Below are positions 13,719 to 28,836 of a stretch of 64,000 bases of DNA, one piece after another. The stretch is from Eukaryota sp. GEM-RC1. Its lineage: Eukaryota. The position numbers were made by a program, and so were the translations under genes. The notes below the pieces were generated by a model. That model saw nothing but the letters and a program-made list of their open reading frames with translations. It had not been told where the DNA came from and did not search any database. The stretch is from assembly GCA_040285855.1 (NCBI GenBank), contig JAUFOQ010000004.1:1736001-1800000 (forward strand), in the 5' to 3' direction. The stretch's first letter is position 1, and every line of letters starts with the position of its first letter.

Positions 13719-16700
13719 CTAACCCAAGATTAAAAGCAAAAGTGGTACAAATCTACCTCTAGTTGGAGGTTCTAGACTAACAAATTCAATAGGACAAATA
13801 GGTAAGAACAATTGGTAGGAAAACAACATTTGCGAAATCGATAGATTGAAATAAATCGAATTGCTTAAGGCACTGAACGAGACGATATCACTTGAAAAGA
13901 AGTCAAGAGAATTCACATAGAAGTTATAAGAAAAGTCATTCTGACTATTGATTGATAAATCTAACAATTCTTCAAGATAATGAACGTCATCAAATTTAAG
14001 TGAAACACTGCAAAAAGAAGTGTTACAGCAGTGTTGTGTAGGAGAAATAGAAATATTAAAAAATAGCTCAGAAAGATCCAGAACTGAATCAGTTCCAAGT
14101 ATTTCAGATTCTTGATCAATTGTAACAAATTTTGAAATAATCGGATATCCAGATGAGAATAATAATGATGAATTTTGAACATGTAAAGAGGATAACAACA
14201 GGAATTCCGATGAATCAGTTAAGGTCAGAGAAGAGTTTGTGACATTAAAATCAGATTTAAAAATTGATTGAGAAATACAACCAGAGAATTTGAAATTATA
14301 TAAAACAGATCGAGAGTTAATTATGGTAACATATGACTCGCCATCTGGTTCTAAAGGCACTGACTCACAGCTGTAGATAAAAACATCTTGTAATTTAACA
14401 ACAGAATCGTTAATATTGAATATCGAAAGAGAATCAAAGTCGGTGACTGTGAGCGTTGAAACAAACAATGAAGAGCTCCAAACTTCAATCAGTTTTAATG
14501 ATTTAATATCATGAATATACCAGGAGTTTAGAGAGCAACTGGAATCCAAAAAGGTTACACAATTTTGGAATATCAGTAAATTTTTAAAAATTAAATACTC
14601 CGATTGGATATTCGTGTCTCTGCAGTGCAGAACAGAATTGAATACTGAATTCGCAAAAATGTTGGTTTCAAGAGATAATGTAGAATTAGACGAATGTATC
14701 AAATATTGACACATGGCATCATTAACTTTAAGATTCATTGCAATAAAATTTGAGGAATAAAGATCAATCAGATTAAAAATAAAATTGTCATCATTAAATT
14801 CCTGGTCAGATGCTGCTTCATTATATTCAGTAAGTCCAGAAACAGTAACATCTTGAAGGAGCATTTTTGTGTTCAATGTATACATAAAACTTCCTGACAC
14901 ATTGTGAAATCGAGAGTCAATAAGGGTTAAATTTGAATACTTCAAGGAAATAGAAATATCAGAATCAATAGAATCAATTTCAATTTGTCGACATGAAACA
15001 CAGCTATCTGAGGAGATTATTATTGGAACATTGATGACACCAGCATAAATGTTTGATAGTAAACCCATAGACTTGTAAAAGAAGAAAAGAGATGACAAAG
15101 TTGAATTAACAAAAGAAATGTTCAACAATTTTACTTGATTCAATTCAATGTTACTTTCATAAGAGTCAACAAAAGTAGTTAGATAACTACCGACAATATA
15201 TAAATCGTTGAAATTCACTGAGGATTTGTGTAAAGCAGTAAAAGCTTCCTTAATGTTAGTAGAATCAATAGAGAACTGAGACAATAAACCGTTAGAGTTT
15301 TGAGAAAAGATAACAGAATCAATTTGTGATGTTAATAACAAAACAATGTTACTGTAGATATCAGACCTATCTAGTTTGATGAAAAATATTGTATCAAAAT
15401 TCGAAGTTGTCAAGTTTTCAATTTGTAGTTTAGAACCAACAAGATGTATAAAACTTTCATCAGATTTGACTTGATGTAATTCAGAGTTAGAGATGAAAAC
15501 AGAAGAACCTGAAAATAGAAATACATTAGAAGTTGTAAGATGATCAAGATACAACTGATCACAGAAGATGGTTGATGAAATTGCTAGGAGTACATCATTT
15601 GTCAAATGTGAATTTGAAATCACAACATTTGAACAACTAATATTCGAAAAATCAAATGACACTAGGAAATCCGCAGTGGAATTTAAGATACTGATATCAT
15701 TCCATTGAGTAAATGAAGAGTAACTACTTAAAAGAGGAGCAGATAAATGACTCGCATTGAATTCGAAGATTGTGAAATTGGAATTAAGAACTTGAATTAG
15801 AGGTAAATTACTGTTGAAAGGACCACCTACATTGATATCATGAACATTTACTGTACTGAGCGACATATTAAAGAGAGAAGTTGTTAGGGAATTGGTTGAT
15901 CCAAAGTCAATTGAATAGAGATCAACAATTGATTGACTTACTTGGAACATTTCAACAAATTTGGTAGTTTGCACAGTCAGATTTTGAACTTGACAGTATG
16001 TATCTTCTAAATTTAAGAAAACAACAGTAACAAATGTATCCAGAATATTCACGTTAATTAAATAAACATTTGCAGTTTTTGTTATAGAAAATGATTGAGT
16101 GGTGGCATTGATTAGTTCGGTATTGATGATACTCAAGTTGGCATTTTCGAAATAGAATATAATATCAGCGAAAACACTTACGAATAGCGAGTTTTCTATT
16201 GTCAAAGAACTAGACGCTGTAAATTGGAAAGGATGAACCGAATCAACAGAGGAAAACGTCAACAAATTAGTGAAAACTGAGGAGTTATTTGCTGTAAATA
16301 AAGAGAAAGCGTTAATGGTATCAAACGCAACACTGTCGAAGCTAGCAGATGAATTAACAATTGAAATCATATCTAAATCAACATTACTTACCTTGGAAAA
16401 ACCGAAGAACTAATGATCATTGAAGAGTCAGCAATATAACCAATTGAAGGAGAATTAATACTGCTAAATGAAGTAGTTGAAAGCTGAGCTTCAGTGGAAA
16501 TGAATTCAAAAATCATACAATTAAGTAACTCAAAAGAAAGAAGATCCACATCAAAGTTGGAATTACGCAAACTAATGAATGGAGAATTATTAGGAGTAGA
16601 AATATTAAGAAAAACTAAATTGCTGAATACAACATCAGATAGGTGTCCAATCAAAAATGATTTAACCAAAGTGATATTAGATATCAAAATGACATCATAC

Positions 16701-18507
16701 ATCTTCAATTTTGACTCACATGAATGAAAAAAGGTTTCCAAGACTAAATCTTCAATTTCAAAATCTGTGATTGTGATCACAGAATTGACGACATTGATGA
16801 GTGATTGTGAAGACACCGTTTCAATAATAGAACTATTTGAAAAGGAAGCTGAAGAAGAAGTCAATGAGAGGAAGTGTTTTAGGTGTAGATTGTTGAAATA
16901 AGAAAGAGTTAGTGAAAATATGGAATCAGTGAAATTGAAGAGAGAGTCAGCATCAATCAAAGAAAACGTTGACTCTTCAATTGTTACATTAGAAAGATTA
17001 TCTGCAGAGACTACTTGAGCCTCAACAGAGTTGAAAGAACTATTTGAAATAATTAAATTAGAATTTGAATTCACAACCACGGAAGACACATTTAAATTTG
17101 ACAGAGAAAGTCCAGATAAGACTACTGATGAATCAGAAAATGAGAAATAGAACACTCAATTTCCGACAAATAGAGATCATCAACTGTCAACTCTGAGTGG
17201 TCAAACTCAAACAAAAGACCAGAAGCATCACGTAAATTAGCAATAATGATTGAGCTCAATCTAACTGTGCTAAATTCTGAGTAGAAAAAACCCTTATAAA
17301 GTGTCAATATATCTTCTTTCAAATAAGTAACAGTAACAGTACTGTTAAATATTTCAAAAACTGAAGAAGTATTAACCTTAGTTAAGGAAGTAGTACTAAA
17401 ACTCATAGATCCATAGTCTAAATGAAAAAGTGAAGTAAAAGAGGAGTCTTCAATAAGTAAGGTGTTCATAGATCCATTACAATGTAGACATGTTAAGAGT
17501 AAGTCAGCATTGGAATGAGTTAGTATAATTGAAGAAAGAACTAAACGAGAGTCAGCCATGTTGAAGATAGAAGAACCAAAGAAATTTGAAATTTGAACTG
17601 TTTGGAATGACACGTCTGCAGAATTCAACAGGAGTAAATTGCTATAAATATGTACATAAATAGAATTCTGAACAAATAACGATCCTCCACGAACGTTTAA
17701 TAAATGTATGATATTGAAATCAATGGGATACTTTAAATTTTCATTAATTTGTTGAAACTCTACTGACAAAAAGGTGGTATTTGTAGCTTCCATAAACATA
17801 ATTCCAGAGGTCAAAACAGAGTTCGAAATTTTAAAATAATTGAGAGCCAAACTAACATCAATAACTTCAACCACACATGAAGCAAACATATTGGAAATAT
17901 GACTGTCATTAAGATGAACAACTGAAGATGAGCCATTAAGCATGGATCTACTTCTTGAAGTTGTGGAATAAAAATTACTGACACACACGTTGGAACTATC
18001 TACTTTAAAAGTAGTTGAACTGTTTAATCCAATAGAATTGAAAGAATCAACAATAATGAGTGAATTGTCTGATTCAAATACAACGCCAACATCTGAGTAC
18101 AAAATTGTAATATTTGATATTGAAGTATTTGTGCCAACAAAGTGAAAGACTGTTTCAGAATGAAAATGATTCAATTCAATTTGCGTGAATAATGAAGATT
18201 CTACGTTGTCTAAAATAAACAGCGACCCATTCGAATTGGAAATATTAAAATTTTTAACAACAACAGATCCTTCAGTTAACCTGAATGATCCTAATGATTG
18301 TTCAAAGTGAGTATTTTCACAATGAAAATAATCAATAACGATATCACTGTTATTGGAGTATATTAAAGAATCAAAAATGAGCAACCCATCCAAGACAAAG
18401 TCATTAACTGCAAGTACTGAACTCAAAACGAAATGAACACGTGTTGCAGAAGTATTAGACAAAATAACACTTTCCATAAGTAAGTTAGTATCACTCAAAA
18501 CAATCAT
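13719..18507 (-). CDS. Very large Ser/Phe/Ile-rich repetitive surface protein (parallel beta-helix-like), split into three ORFs by frameshifts
   Basis: Contiguous ORFs 17122-18507, 16388-17155 and 13719-16370 share the same F..S.S.v.i.n repeat style. Confidence 0.65.
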
Positions 18508-18799
18508 ATCACTAAAAAGGAATTATCTGGAAACAAGGCTTCGACATTTTCCAGAAGATTTTTTCGATTTTAAGAAGTTTGCAGAATGATGTGTTCTAGT
18601 AAGTCCTGTTTTATATCTACTACTTACCAGTAATAGGCAAGTTGTTTTAAGATTTTCCGTTGTCAGTCCAACATTGCTGGCAGATTCACCAAAAATAAAA
18701 ACCATTACTGTTTAAAACCAATACCTTGCCAGCAAGTGCCAGCAAATCAGTGTTTCTTTCTCTCTGAATTAAATCACTCAATTCACACTTCTTTCAAAA

Positions 18800-20415
18800 A
18801 TGAGACACTTGGGTCTGTGTTTGATATTCACACTACTATCTATCTGTTCTGTATTAGCAGAGACTGATTATGTTCCCCCTACACCTGCGGGAGAGTTTTC
18901 TTTCTTTGACTCCTTTTCCGATCTAGATAAATGGATCGTAAGCTCCAATCCAAAGTTTGGAGGTAAATGGAGTGTTGAATACGCACAAGAACCTGCAGGT
19001 ATTCCTCATGAGAAGGGACTCGTCATCAAAACCGCCGCCGCCCATCACGCTATCTTCACGAATCTTGAGCAGCCTCTGGTACTCTCTGAAGAACCTCTCG
19101 TTTTCCAGTATGAAGTACGCTATCAGAAGCACCCGATCTCTTGCGCTGGAACTTACATGAAACTTCTCCGATCCTCTCCCAACGAGTCTGACTTCACCGC
19201 CGATACTCCCTACACTGTCATGTTTGGCCCCGATGTTTGTGGCTCCTCCAAAGTCCACTTCATCTTCAAGTCTCTCAACCCAGTCACCAACGAATATGAC
19301 GAACATCATCTCGTTAACCCCCATCCGTTCAAAACGACGGTGTCACCCACCTCTATACCCTCGTGGTCAACCCCGAAACCAACGAGTTTTCAGTCAAGGT
19401 TGATGACAAGGTTGTCTCCTCTGGAAATCTCTTGACTTCCTTCGAGCCTCCAGTCAACCCACCCAAGCAGATCTCTGATCCCGAAGCTCAAAAACCAGAA
19501 GACTGGGATGAGAGAGAATTCATTGAAGACGAAACTGCTGAAAAACCAAGTGACTGGGACCACCCTGAGTTCATTTCCGACCCTGAAGCTGTTAAGCCAG
19601 AAGACTGGGACGATGAAGAAGACGGTGAATGGGAACCCCCAGTCATTGCTAATCCAGAGTATAAAGGTGAGTGGGTTGCTCCAATGGTAGAGAATCCTAA
19701 TTTCAAGGGAAAATGGGAGGCTCTCTTATTGATAATCCAAATTATTTTGAATTATCTAATCCTTTGAAAGATGCTGTTATTGAGGCTATTGGTATGGAAA
19801 TCTGGACCATGGATGCTGATATCTTTATTGATAATGTATTACTTACTAGTGATGAGGCTATTGCTAAGGATTTAGCCAAACATACTTTCCATGTGAAGCA
19901 GAAGAAGGAACTCAAGTCAAAGCAAGCAAATGAGAAGAAGGCAGCTGAGGAAATGAAAAAAGGCGGCAAAGGAAAAGGCGGAATCTGTAGGATTTGTTGG
20001 GTATTTAACTAAAGTTTTCAATGAGATTGTTGAGATTATTACTGATAATCCCATTGTTGCTGGTGTGACTGCTGTAGCTTTAATGTTGTCTACTTTTATT
20101 ATTATTAAGAGAAGAAAGCAAAAGCCCTCTGAAGATGGTGAACTTCAAACTGACGCTGAGGAATCCACATGGGAACAATCAGAAGCAGAAGTTCAACCAA
20201 AAGAAAAGGAAGAAGTTATTGAGGAACAAGCTGAAGAAGAAGAAGAAGCTGTGGTTGAAGAGGAAGCTGAGGTTGAAGAAATTGAGGAAAAAGAAGTTGA
20301 AGAACCACCAGTCGATGCCCAGGAAGAAGTTCAAACTGAGGAACAGGTTGATGAACAGCAGTTTAAGCCAGTTTCAGGTAGAAGAAGAAAGCAAAAGCAG
20401 ATAGCTGAACATTAG
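18800..20415 (+). CDS. CANX: Calnexin (three apparent indel frameshifts at ~19320, ~19720 and ~19960)
   Basis: Signal peptide; LVFQYEVR, CAGTYMKLL, TPYTVMFGPD; P-domain KPEDWDE and GEW..P.I.NP repeats; IGMEIWTM; one TM helix; acidic cytosolic tail. Confidence 0.95.
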
Positions 20416-21030
20416 TTTGATTTGTATTCTTTGAAATAGATATATCATTAAATTCTTAGGTATTAGTTTCAAATTAACTGAATTTTGTACCACTTGACTG
20501 CTGAGTAATCAGTTTCCTATCACACTATCAATGAAATATCTGTTCTACGACAACCACCGAAAAGAATGTTTCTTAAAGAAACTAAAAAGTAGAAATGAAA
20601 TGGTTTGTTATTAGAAGGATCTCGAACTCCAGTTGTTACATGTCATCATGAATGTGAGATTCAACACTGTGAAGAATGAAAGTGTGTAAGAGCCATATCG
20701 GTCGATGTGTGATGAAATTGTGTGACTAAGTTTGTGAAAGATAAAAAGAGTTTGATGTAAAGTAAGATGCGATTCTTATAAAGAGACACATGTACATGTG
20801 TCTTTACTATTCAGTCCATCTAAATAGATCTGCTGCACCTGTGCATGATAGGACATTGACTTGGAAGTAGAAGAATATGAGTAGAATCTTCTGGTTCTCA
20901 TTTCAAAGGCAGAATTCGTACGGTTCAGTTCTTCAGCAAGACTTTATTATCTCCCGAGATTAGTCAATTAGCACTTGAAATACCAGTGGGAATCTGGGGT
21001 TCATGAAAACTATCCATATTTGACTCTGAA

Positions 21031-24000
21031 ATGTCGATTTCTCCGACTCATTTTGGAATTCAACTGATTTCTCTAGTTTCATCAACTATTCACTTAGAAT
21101 ATTCTCCGCTCTTTAACTTCACATCATTTGTGCTCGATTCTAGTGAGCTTTATTATGACGTGATTGATCCTGGTGCCAGACTTTTTATTGATTCTATTTA
21201 TCTTAAAACTACTTCTTCTATTATCTCTACTGATCGTATTACTGTTACTAGTTTTCACTGGATTGATGGAGAGTTGATCTCCTCTAGAGTCCTTGCTTTT
21301 AAGGGGTTGTTTTTATACGGAGAATCTAATTCTGTGTCATTGGACTCACTTGTAATTGAAACTGAATTGTTCTTTAATAACTCTTTAACTTTTTCAATTT
21401 CTCATCTTAATTTAATTACTGTTTCTATTACTTGTTTTCCTGGGTCAGAACTTATTCTTGACACACCATCTTTTAATGAAAGTTTTGTCGAAATCAAGAA
21501 TGCACTTCATGTCTCCTCTAATTGTTCTCTTACTTCTTTCTTGCCAGTTCAAAGTACTGGTCCTATTTTTGTTGCTAATGACTCTGTTCTATGTCTTCAA
21601 GACAACTTAAACACAACCAAGGGTGTTGTTATCTTTCCTAAAGGTGAGTTAGAACTGATCAATAGCATCATTATCTTACAAGAATCTGAACGTTACTCCC
21701 ATCCAGACTTGTTCTTCTACTGCTCTTGGATTGATTCTCCCAATCGAATTGATCTCTCAGGTAATCATGACTCTGACACAATTATTATCAATGGACCTAA
21801 ATGGAAACGTGATGGATTTGGTGGATATATGGATATCACTCCTGGTGACACTCTCCATATTCCAAATATTCTTGGAACTCAAGGTTGGAGAGATGCAACT
21901 ATTTCTCTTTGGGTGTACTGGGAAGAAGGAGGAATGGGATTTGATTTTGGCATTCATTCTAGTTGTCAGTTTTGGATCCGAAGACACCATATTGGTTGGG
22001 GTAGAGCCATGCGTTCCTTAACTCTACCCCTTCGTGAATGGTTTCACTTAGTAATTGTCACTACAGGATCTCGAGCATCTGTTTATGTTAATGGTGTATT
22101 TCGGATTAATGTTTCACCATCTCATCCTTGGTATTTTTGCAATAATGGTCCTCCCTCTTACTTTTCTCTTACAGAAGTCACTAACAACGACAATTGGGCA
22201 TTTGAAGGTAAGGTCCGTGCAGTGCAGATATTTAGAAAAACTTTAACATTTGCTGAGAGGCAGGATTTGGATTATACTACTCTACGTGGTATCACTGGCA
22301 GAGGTAAAGTTTCCCTTGTCAGTTCAGAAGCTACTTTATCATCATCTATGTTTGATCTTAAAACCATTTCTCTCAGTTCCTCAACTCTTCATCTTAATAA
22401 CCTTATTATTCATAATTTACTTTTTCTTGAACTTTTTGATGATTCATTGGTTATCTTGGACGAAGATTCAACGATTATTTCTGATGAGTTTTCTGTTACA
22501 CTTAGTTCAAGCGAGCTCTATTTTGATGATTCCGTTGACATGATTATATCAACATTCAGTTTGATTGCTATCAATAGTCATTTTCACAACGACTTTGACT
22601 TTGACAGTATCAACGTTCTAGATCTATCCTACTCAACTTTTGAGTCAGGCGCCAATGCTGAAATAATTATCGGTTGTTTGTATTGTTTTCATTGTCAAAT
22701 ACTAGGAAATTCGTCTTTATTGTTGCAATTATATTCTGAAATTAATTCTGGAAATTTCTCATCTTCATTTATATTCGCAGAATCCATACTCAATTCATCA
22801 ATCATCGGCACGATTCAATTGTCGAATTCTTTTGAGTTCTTCAATCACGTAATCCTTGATGACGTGTCAGTCTCCGAATTCCAATCTTCTTCTAATGGAT
22901 CTATTACATGTCATTCTGACGTTTTGATGAGAAAAAATGTTGCTATTTACAAAGTTTCCTTTATTTACCATGCTATTTTGACTCTATACGATTCAACTTT
23001 ACTTTTCGACCCTCTTTTGTAATACTTGATTATCAAATTATTACAGGAGTTGGTACTATTATCACTAATACTTCAAATTTTGGGAAAATTCATCCTACCT
23101 CGAATTTTTCTTTTGAAGAGAATTTGTATCTTTCTTCTTCTTCCATCATCTCTCTTCAAATTAACAATAATGGTTCTGCTACTCAATTAATTGTTTCATC
23201 CACTGCTTATTTGGATGGGCAATTAGAAGTAGATTTTGATACAAAGAATGATTCATGTAGTCATAATTACACCCTGATAGAAGCTGGTCAAATTAAGGGA
23301 AGATTTAGTAATGTAATTAATCCTTGTGCTTCACTGTTTGCTATGCTATATTCAAAAACTTCTCTTATTATTTCAGTTAATGATTACGTAATGGAATTAC
23401 ACCAAGTCTCTTACATTTCAATTACTGGCATTGATGATCCTTGTTGTGGAAGCTTTGATAGTCCTTGTGCTTCTTTCAGAGGAGTTTTAGACAGAATGGG
23501 GAGAAACGGAACAGTCTATCTCCACGAAGGAACTTACTCTTTTAATCAAGGATTGGGAGAAGTACGTGACGTTGATTGGGAAGTGATTGCCCTCGGCACC
23601 GTCATCATCGAGGGTATCGATGAGACTCTATTTGAAATAGTACAATCTAATCTTTCTCTTTCAACTGTTCACATTTTCTGTTATTCCCCCATCTGTTTTT
23701 CTCTACCAGATTCCACTCTCCAATTAATTAATTCAAGTGTCCTTCATGACACTACTTCTACCACCACAACTCTAGTTGATAATCCTCAAGATCATTGGGG
23801 ACACGTTTCATTTATTGATTCAAAGCTGGAGTTTCGATCGTCATTAATGTATGTCAGTTCACTTTCTTTGTGGTCATCTACTTTAAAATCAAGTCACTTT
23901 ACTTTTAACAATTTACAACAAGTAGAACTTGATAGGGAATCGATGATGAGCTTAATTGATGACTCGAAAATCCTTTCTGATAGCCTCTCTATTACCTTAA

Positions 24001-25833
24001 ATTCAAGTGAGCTCTTCTTTGATGATTCAGTAGACATCACATCATCAAGTTTTAGTTTGATCACTTTCAACAGTGAGTTTCAGACTGATTTTGACTATTC
24101 TCATATGGATCTTTTAGATTTATCTTGTTCTACTTTCAAATCAGCTTCCCTCACTGAAATAGTTGTTGATTTATTCTATTGTTTTAATTGTCAAGTACTA
24201 GGAAACTCGTCTTTGTTAATCGAATCACATTCTCAAATTAATTCTGGAAATTTCTCATCTCCGTTAATTATTATCGAAACTGCTAAGGATGTTTCATTCA
24301 CTGGAATAGTTCGATTTTTAAACTCAATTGATTTATTTAGTGATGTTACTCTTGATGACGTGACAGTTTTTGCTTCCTCCTTTTCAGTTTCTTCCAATTT
24401 AGTTCTCCTCTTCAAGAATCACTCAACATTGACAATATATGATACCCTTTTACTCAATGGAGGAAAGTTCCAGACCGATATCACTTCATCTACTTCATTT
24501 ACTTCCAGTCAACTCTCTTGTTTTGGGGGATGATGTCACTTCTTTAACCAGTCACAAACTTATTGTCAATGGTTACTTTGATATTAGAGATGGTACCCTT
24601 GATTTAGATGAGTTGAGTGTACTAGAGTTTGTAAACGTCACTAACGTTACACTGGAAAATAGTCGTTATGTTCCTGTTATGCCTTCAAACCTTTTCTTAC
24701 ACTATAATTGGCAGTCCTCTTTCAATAGAATTGACCTTTCAGGTCTCCACAACTCCAATGCAATAACAATTCGAGGACCTACGTGGAAACAAGATGAATT
24801 TGGAGGTTATCTTGATGTTGTTCCTGGTAATACTCTCCATATTCGAAATATTCCTGGGGTAACCGGTTGGAGAGGAGCTTCAATTTCTTTGTGGGTGTAC
24901 TGGGAAGAAGCAGGAATGGGGTTTGGATGGGGTCAGTCTCCTTGTAGGTTTTACATTCGTAGAGGTACTCTTGTATGGGGTAGTGGTAGCAGGACTATTT
25001 CTCTACCCTTTCAGCAATGGTTTCACTTGGTAATTGTTTTGACTAATGCACAAGCACGGGTTCATGTTAATGGCGTGCATCGGTGGACTGTTTCTCCATG
25101 GTCTGAATACTATAATTGCTCTTTTGGTGTTCAAACCTTTTTCCCTCTTTCTGAGATCACTAACACAAACGATCACTCTTTTAGAGGAAGAATTCGTGCA
25201 GTGCAGATATTTAGAAAAACTTTAACACTTTCTGAGATTCAGGATTTGGATTATACTTCTTCAACTGGTTTCCATGGTAATGGTAAACTTTCTCTGGTTA
25301 ATTCAGACGTGCAATTATCATCATCAGAGTTTGAATTCACAACAATTTCTCTAAGTGCATCAACTCTTCAATCAAGCGACGTCATCTTGGACAATTTAAA
25401 AACTCTTGAACTCTTTGATTCGTCAGTTCTTTTCACTGAAGAAACCAAGATTCTTTCTGGTGATTTAAATATCAATCTTAATTCAAGTCAGCTCTACTAT
25501 GATGCTTCAGTTGAGATCTCATCACGTGTTAGTTTAATCGCAATCAACAGTCATTTTCAAAACGATGTTGACTTTTCAAATTTTCATCTTTTAGATTTAT
25601 CCTTTTCAACTTTTGAGTCCGCTTTCTATACTCAAGTCAATGTTGATTTATTCTATTGTTTTAATTGTCAACTACTAGGCAACTCGTCGTTGGTAATAGA
25701 ATTTGATTGTGAAGTTAATTCTGCAAATTTCTCATTCCAATTAAAATTTCTTGAATCATTAAAGCATCGTACGTGTACATTGTCATTGAATCTCACAGAA
25801 GCTTTTTTTTCCACACAAAATACTGAGAGCTAA
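21031..25833 (+). CDS. Large surface protein with two LamG/ConA-like domains and beta-helix-like repeats (frameshifted)
   Basis: Two copies of IDLSG.H.S..I.I.GP.W..D.FGGY.D....ISLWVYW...WFHLVIV...VNGV...F.G..RAVQIFRKTLT (~21700-22280 and ~24680-25260), each followed by a similar repeat block. Confidence 0.65.
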
Positions 25834-27628
25834 AAGAGCCTTCGAGATCATACATCTAAAATGCAATTTCTCCTGGTGGTATTGGTGAAATGATTTCTCA
25901 ATTGTTAGTTGATACGGTATAGGGTCTCTGTGTAAAATTGTGGATATGGCAAAATTGTTTGAATGTTTTATCTGTTCCATAAATGTCCAAATAGATTAAG
26001 TCAATGATCATGAAGTTGTATAGAACACGTGGTAATGTTGACCAAGAGTGTTCTATGACTAGTGTTTGATATATAGAGTCTAATGTCATTTTATGTTCTC
26101 CTTTTCATTTGTATCCTCTATTTTTCTCCAATTTTCTCAATTTGTCTTCAGTATCCAATTAAAAAAGTGCCCAAACCAACAACAAGCGCAGTCTTGGATT
26201 ATCTGTTTTAATTTGATTGTATTAATTGAATAAACAAGAATATGTACGAATGGAAAACGGTTTATTGATGGTGGGTACACAAATACGATGGTGTTGTTAC
26301 TTCTACAGTTTCGTGTTATTTGTCAAAATAGTTGCAAACTAGATTCTAGCCTTCTTTTCTGCTTTATCTCTTATCACTTGTAATTTTTTCCAATATATGT
26401 ATGTATAAATGGCTTTTCAAAATTTGAGGAATTCAGCAATTCATTTTGGCGGTTTCATTAATACTTGTGAAAACGTGATAATTTTCTTTTTTCAGAACTG
26501 TGATAGTATTCTCTCAAGTCATTTACCTGCTCTTAGGTTGTGAATAGACTGAAACTTTCAGATTAAATATAATGGTCAAATGACTTTTTGTTTCTACAAT
26601 CTAAAATGCCCAATTATGTAGTTGTTTCGATTTTGTTTCTAACCATTGTAAAAATGTACAGAAACAGTTGAAGTAGTCACTATTCATCTTTGTACATGGC
26701 ATTTCAAGATCATCCAGCTTGCAGTTGTGATTACATCCTGCAATTTCCAAGTGAATACTGAACATGACAAGTGCTGTACTTTGTATGGTATTCCTTTTCT
26801 ATTTGGCGTTATAACATTTTCTTATGTCTATTACGCGTCCTTCTAACAAGTTTCTTTGGGAAAAGAAACGGGATTTTGACACTATGAAGCTACTTATACC
26901 TCTGAATAAACCAGATTATTCTAAAGACAACTGCAACAAACAGAAAGTATAGTAGGTGCAAGGAACTCTTTGGCCTCAAAGTAAATGCGTTCTAACACAA
27001 TTGATAACTATTTAGGAATTTTGCATTTTATTCCATAACCGAAAACGAAACTCTCTTTGAGGACAACGAACCCAAACTATCCGCTTTAGTTCATGCAATA
27101 TCCGTAATACAGAATGTTAACAGGTGAAGATGGCAGGTAATGGTTGTGTTCAGTCGTTTCTTTTAACAGCATTATGAGTACATCGAACAGTGAAGATTCA
27201 CTTTCAGTATGTAAAAAAGTGTTGAACCAACAGTTCAGGACCAATCTGAAAGGTACGATCGCCCACAAATAGAGAAGTAGAAATGTAGAAGGAACACTGT
27301 ATCTATATACATGAAGTAGTTGAGAGACGCCGAAAGGATGTGCAACTGAATTGTGGACAGAGAACATAGACATCATTCTTTTTGAACAGGGGCTCATGAT
27401 ACAACAATATTGTGAGCAAGACACCGTTTTCTTAAGGTACGACGATTAGTGTATCAATTATTATCTCAGAAAATTTATCTGGGAAGGGACAAAAATTTGG
27501 AGGGCATTTTGCAAAAATACCATTCAACACGTGTGCATTTTCCAAATCTACCATACCCATTGCATTTCTGCCATTCTTGCTTCTTTAGTTGTTTGTCAAT
27601 AAATCGTTTTTATATATAACAAGTATCT

Positions 27629-28230
27629 TCAGTGATCTAGAAAACTACCAGTACGCTTCTTCTTTGGAGCACCTACTCCTCTTCTTACAAGAGGTGGACT
27701 TAAAGTCAATGCGATAGTTTCCCATTGACTCTTGTCCCTAGGTGGCGACCCAACAGTCATAAATCTTTGACTGTGTTCTGGTTTCGAAGCAACTATCCAC
27801 AAATTCCAAAGGTTTGACATTCTCTGACATCAATGCTTTGGCAGCATGGGAACAAGGAATGGCCTCAGTTTGCCAGACACCACAATCACAGTGTTTCTGC
27901 TCCAATTCCACAAGATAAGTTCTTCCTCTTCCAATGACTTCAATCGTGGTCCCATTCTTCCGTGAATCCAAAATCCTAGCTTCTTGAATTCTGTTCTCCA
28001 TAACGTTCATGACTGACAAAACTAATGGCGTTTTGGCTCTCTGGGCTTGACCTGCATATTTTTCTTGCCGCTCTCTTATCTTTTCTCGTATACACTCCAA
28101 CAGCTCAATTCAATTAAGGGATACCCTCAGTTTTCTTTGATAACTGAGTTGAAGCACTCAGAGATGTTTGAGGTAAGATGACCGTAGCGACATTTTGGAA
28201 AATAGAGTTCATGAATAAGAGCAAGGTGAA
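27629..28230 (-). pseudogene. MULE transposase C-terminal remnant with SWIM finger
   Basis: YGHLTSNISECFNSVI and YLVELEQKHCDCGVWQTEAIPCSHA. Confidence 0.8.
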
Positions 28231-28836
28231 GGTCATCCTTACAGCTATAAGTAGCATTGACTTCTATTGGAAGAGGTAAGTGGTCTTCCCAGTTTATTAG
28301 CATGTATGGTAGATTTGGAAGGGGTATGGTAGAGATGATAAGGTGTTTTTATTTTCACTGGTATAAATGCAATTATCCCAAATTTGGATTTTGCAATGGA
28401 TTCGTCCAGTCTCTTAGAATTGGACACAGAAGAAGCCATCGATGTGTCTCAGTATGAAAGGTTGGTGAATGAGTCAAATCAGCCATCAAATTGTTGTCGC
28501 TGTGTCTTGTTTGTACTGATATTTGTTGCTGCCGTGGCAACCTCATTGTTTTTGCTTCTTCCCAACGTCTTCGCTCCTTCTGATACCCTTCCGTAGCAAA
28601 ATTCTGTGTATGGGAAACTGTGGAAACGTTTGATCTCTTGGAAATCTGATCAATTTCAGATTGTCGCCACTTCATCTTTGTCAGTCATATGCTAAGTAGA
28701 AGACACCAATCATAGACAACGAAACGTCACCAAATGCAAAATATAATTGAAAAACAATAAACAACTTTATATTGTATTTAATGCCAATACTCCACTATAA
28801 ATGACAATCAAATTACAATTTATCCAATTATTGACT

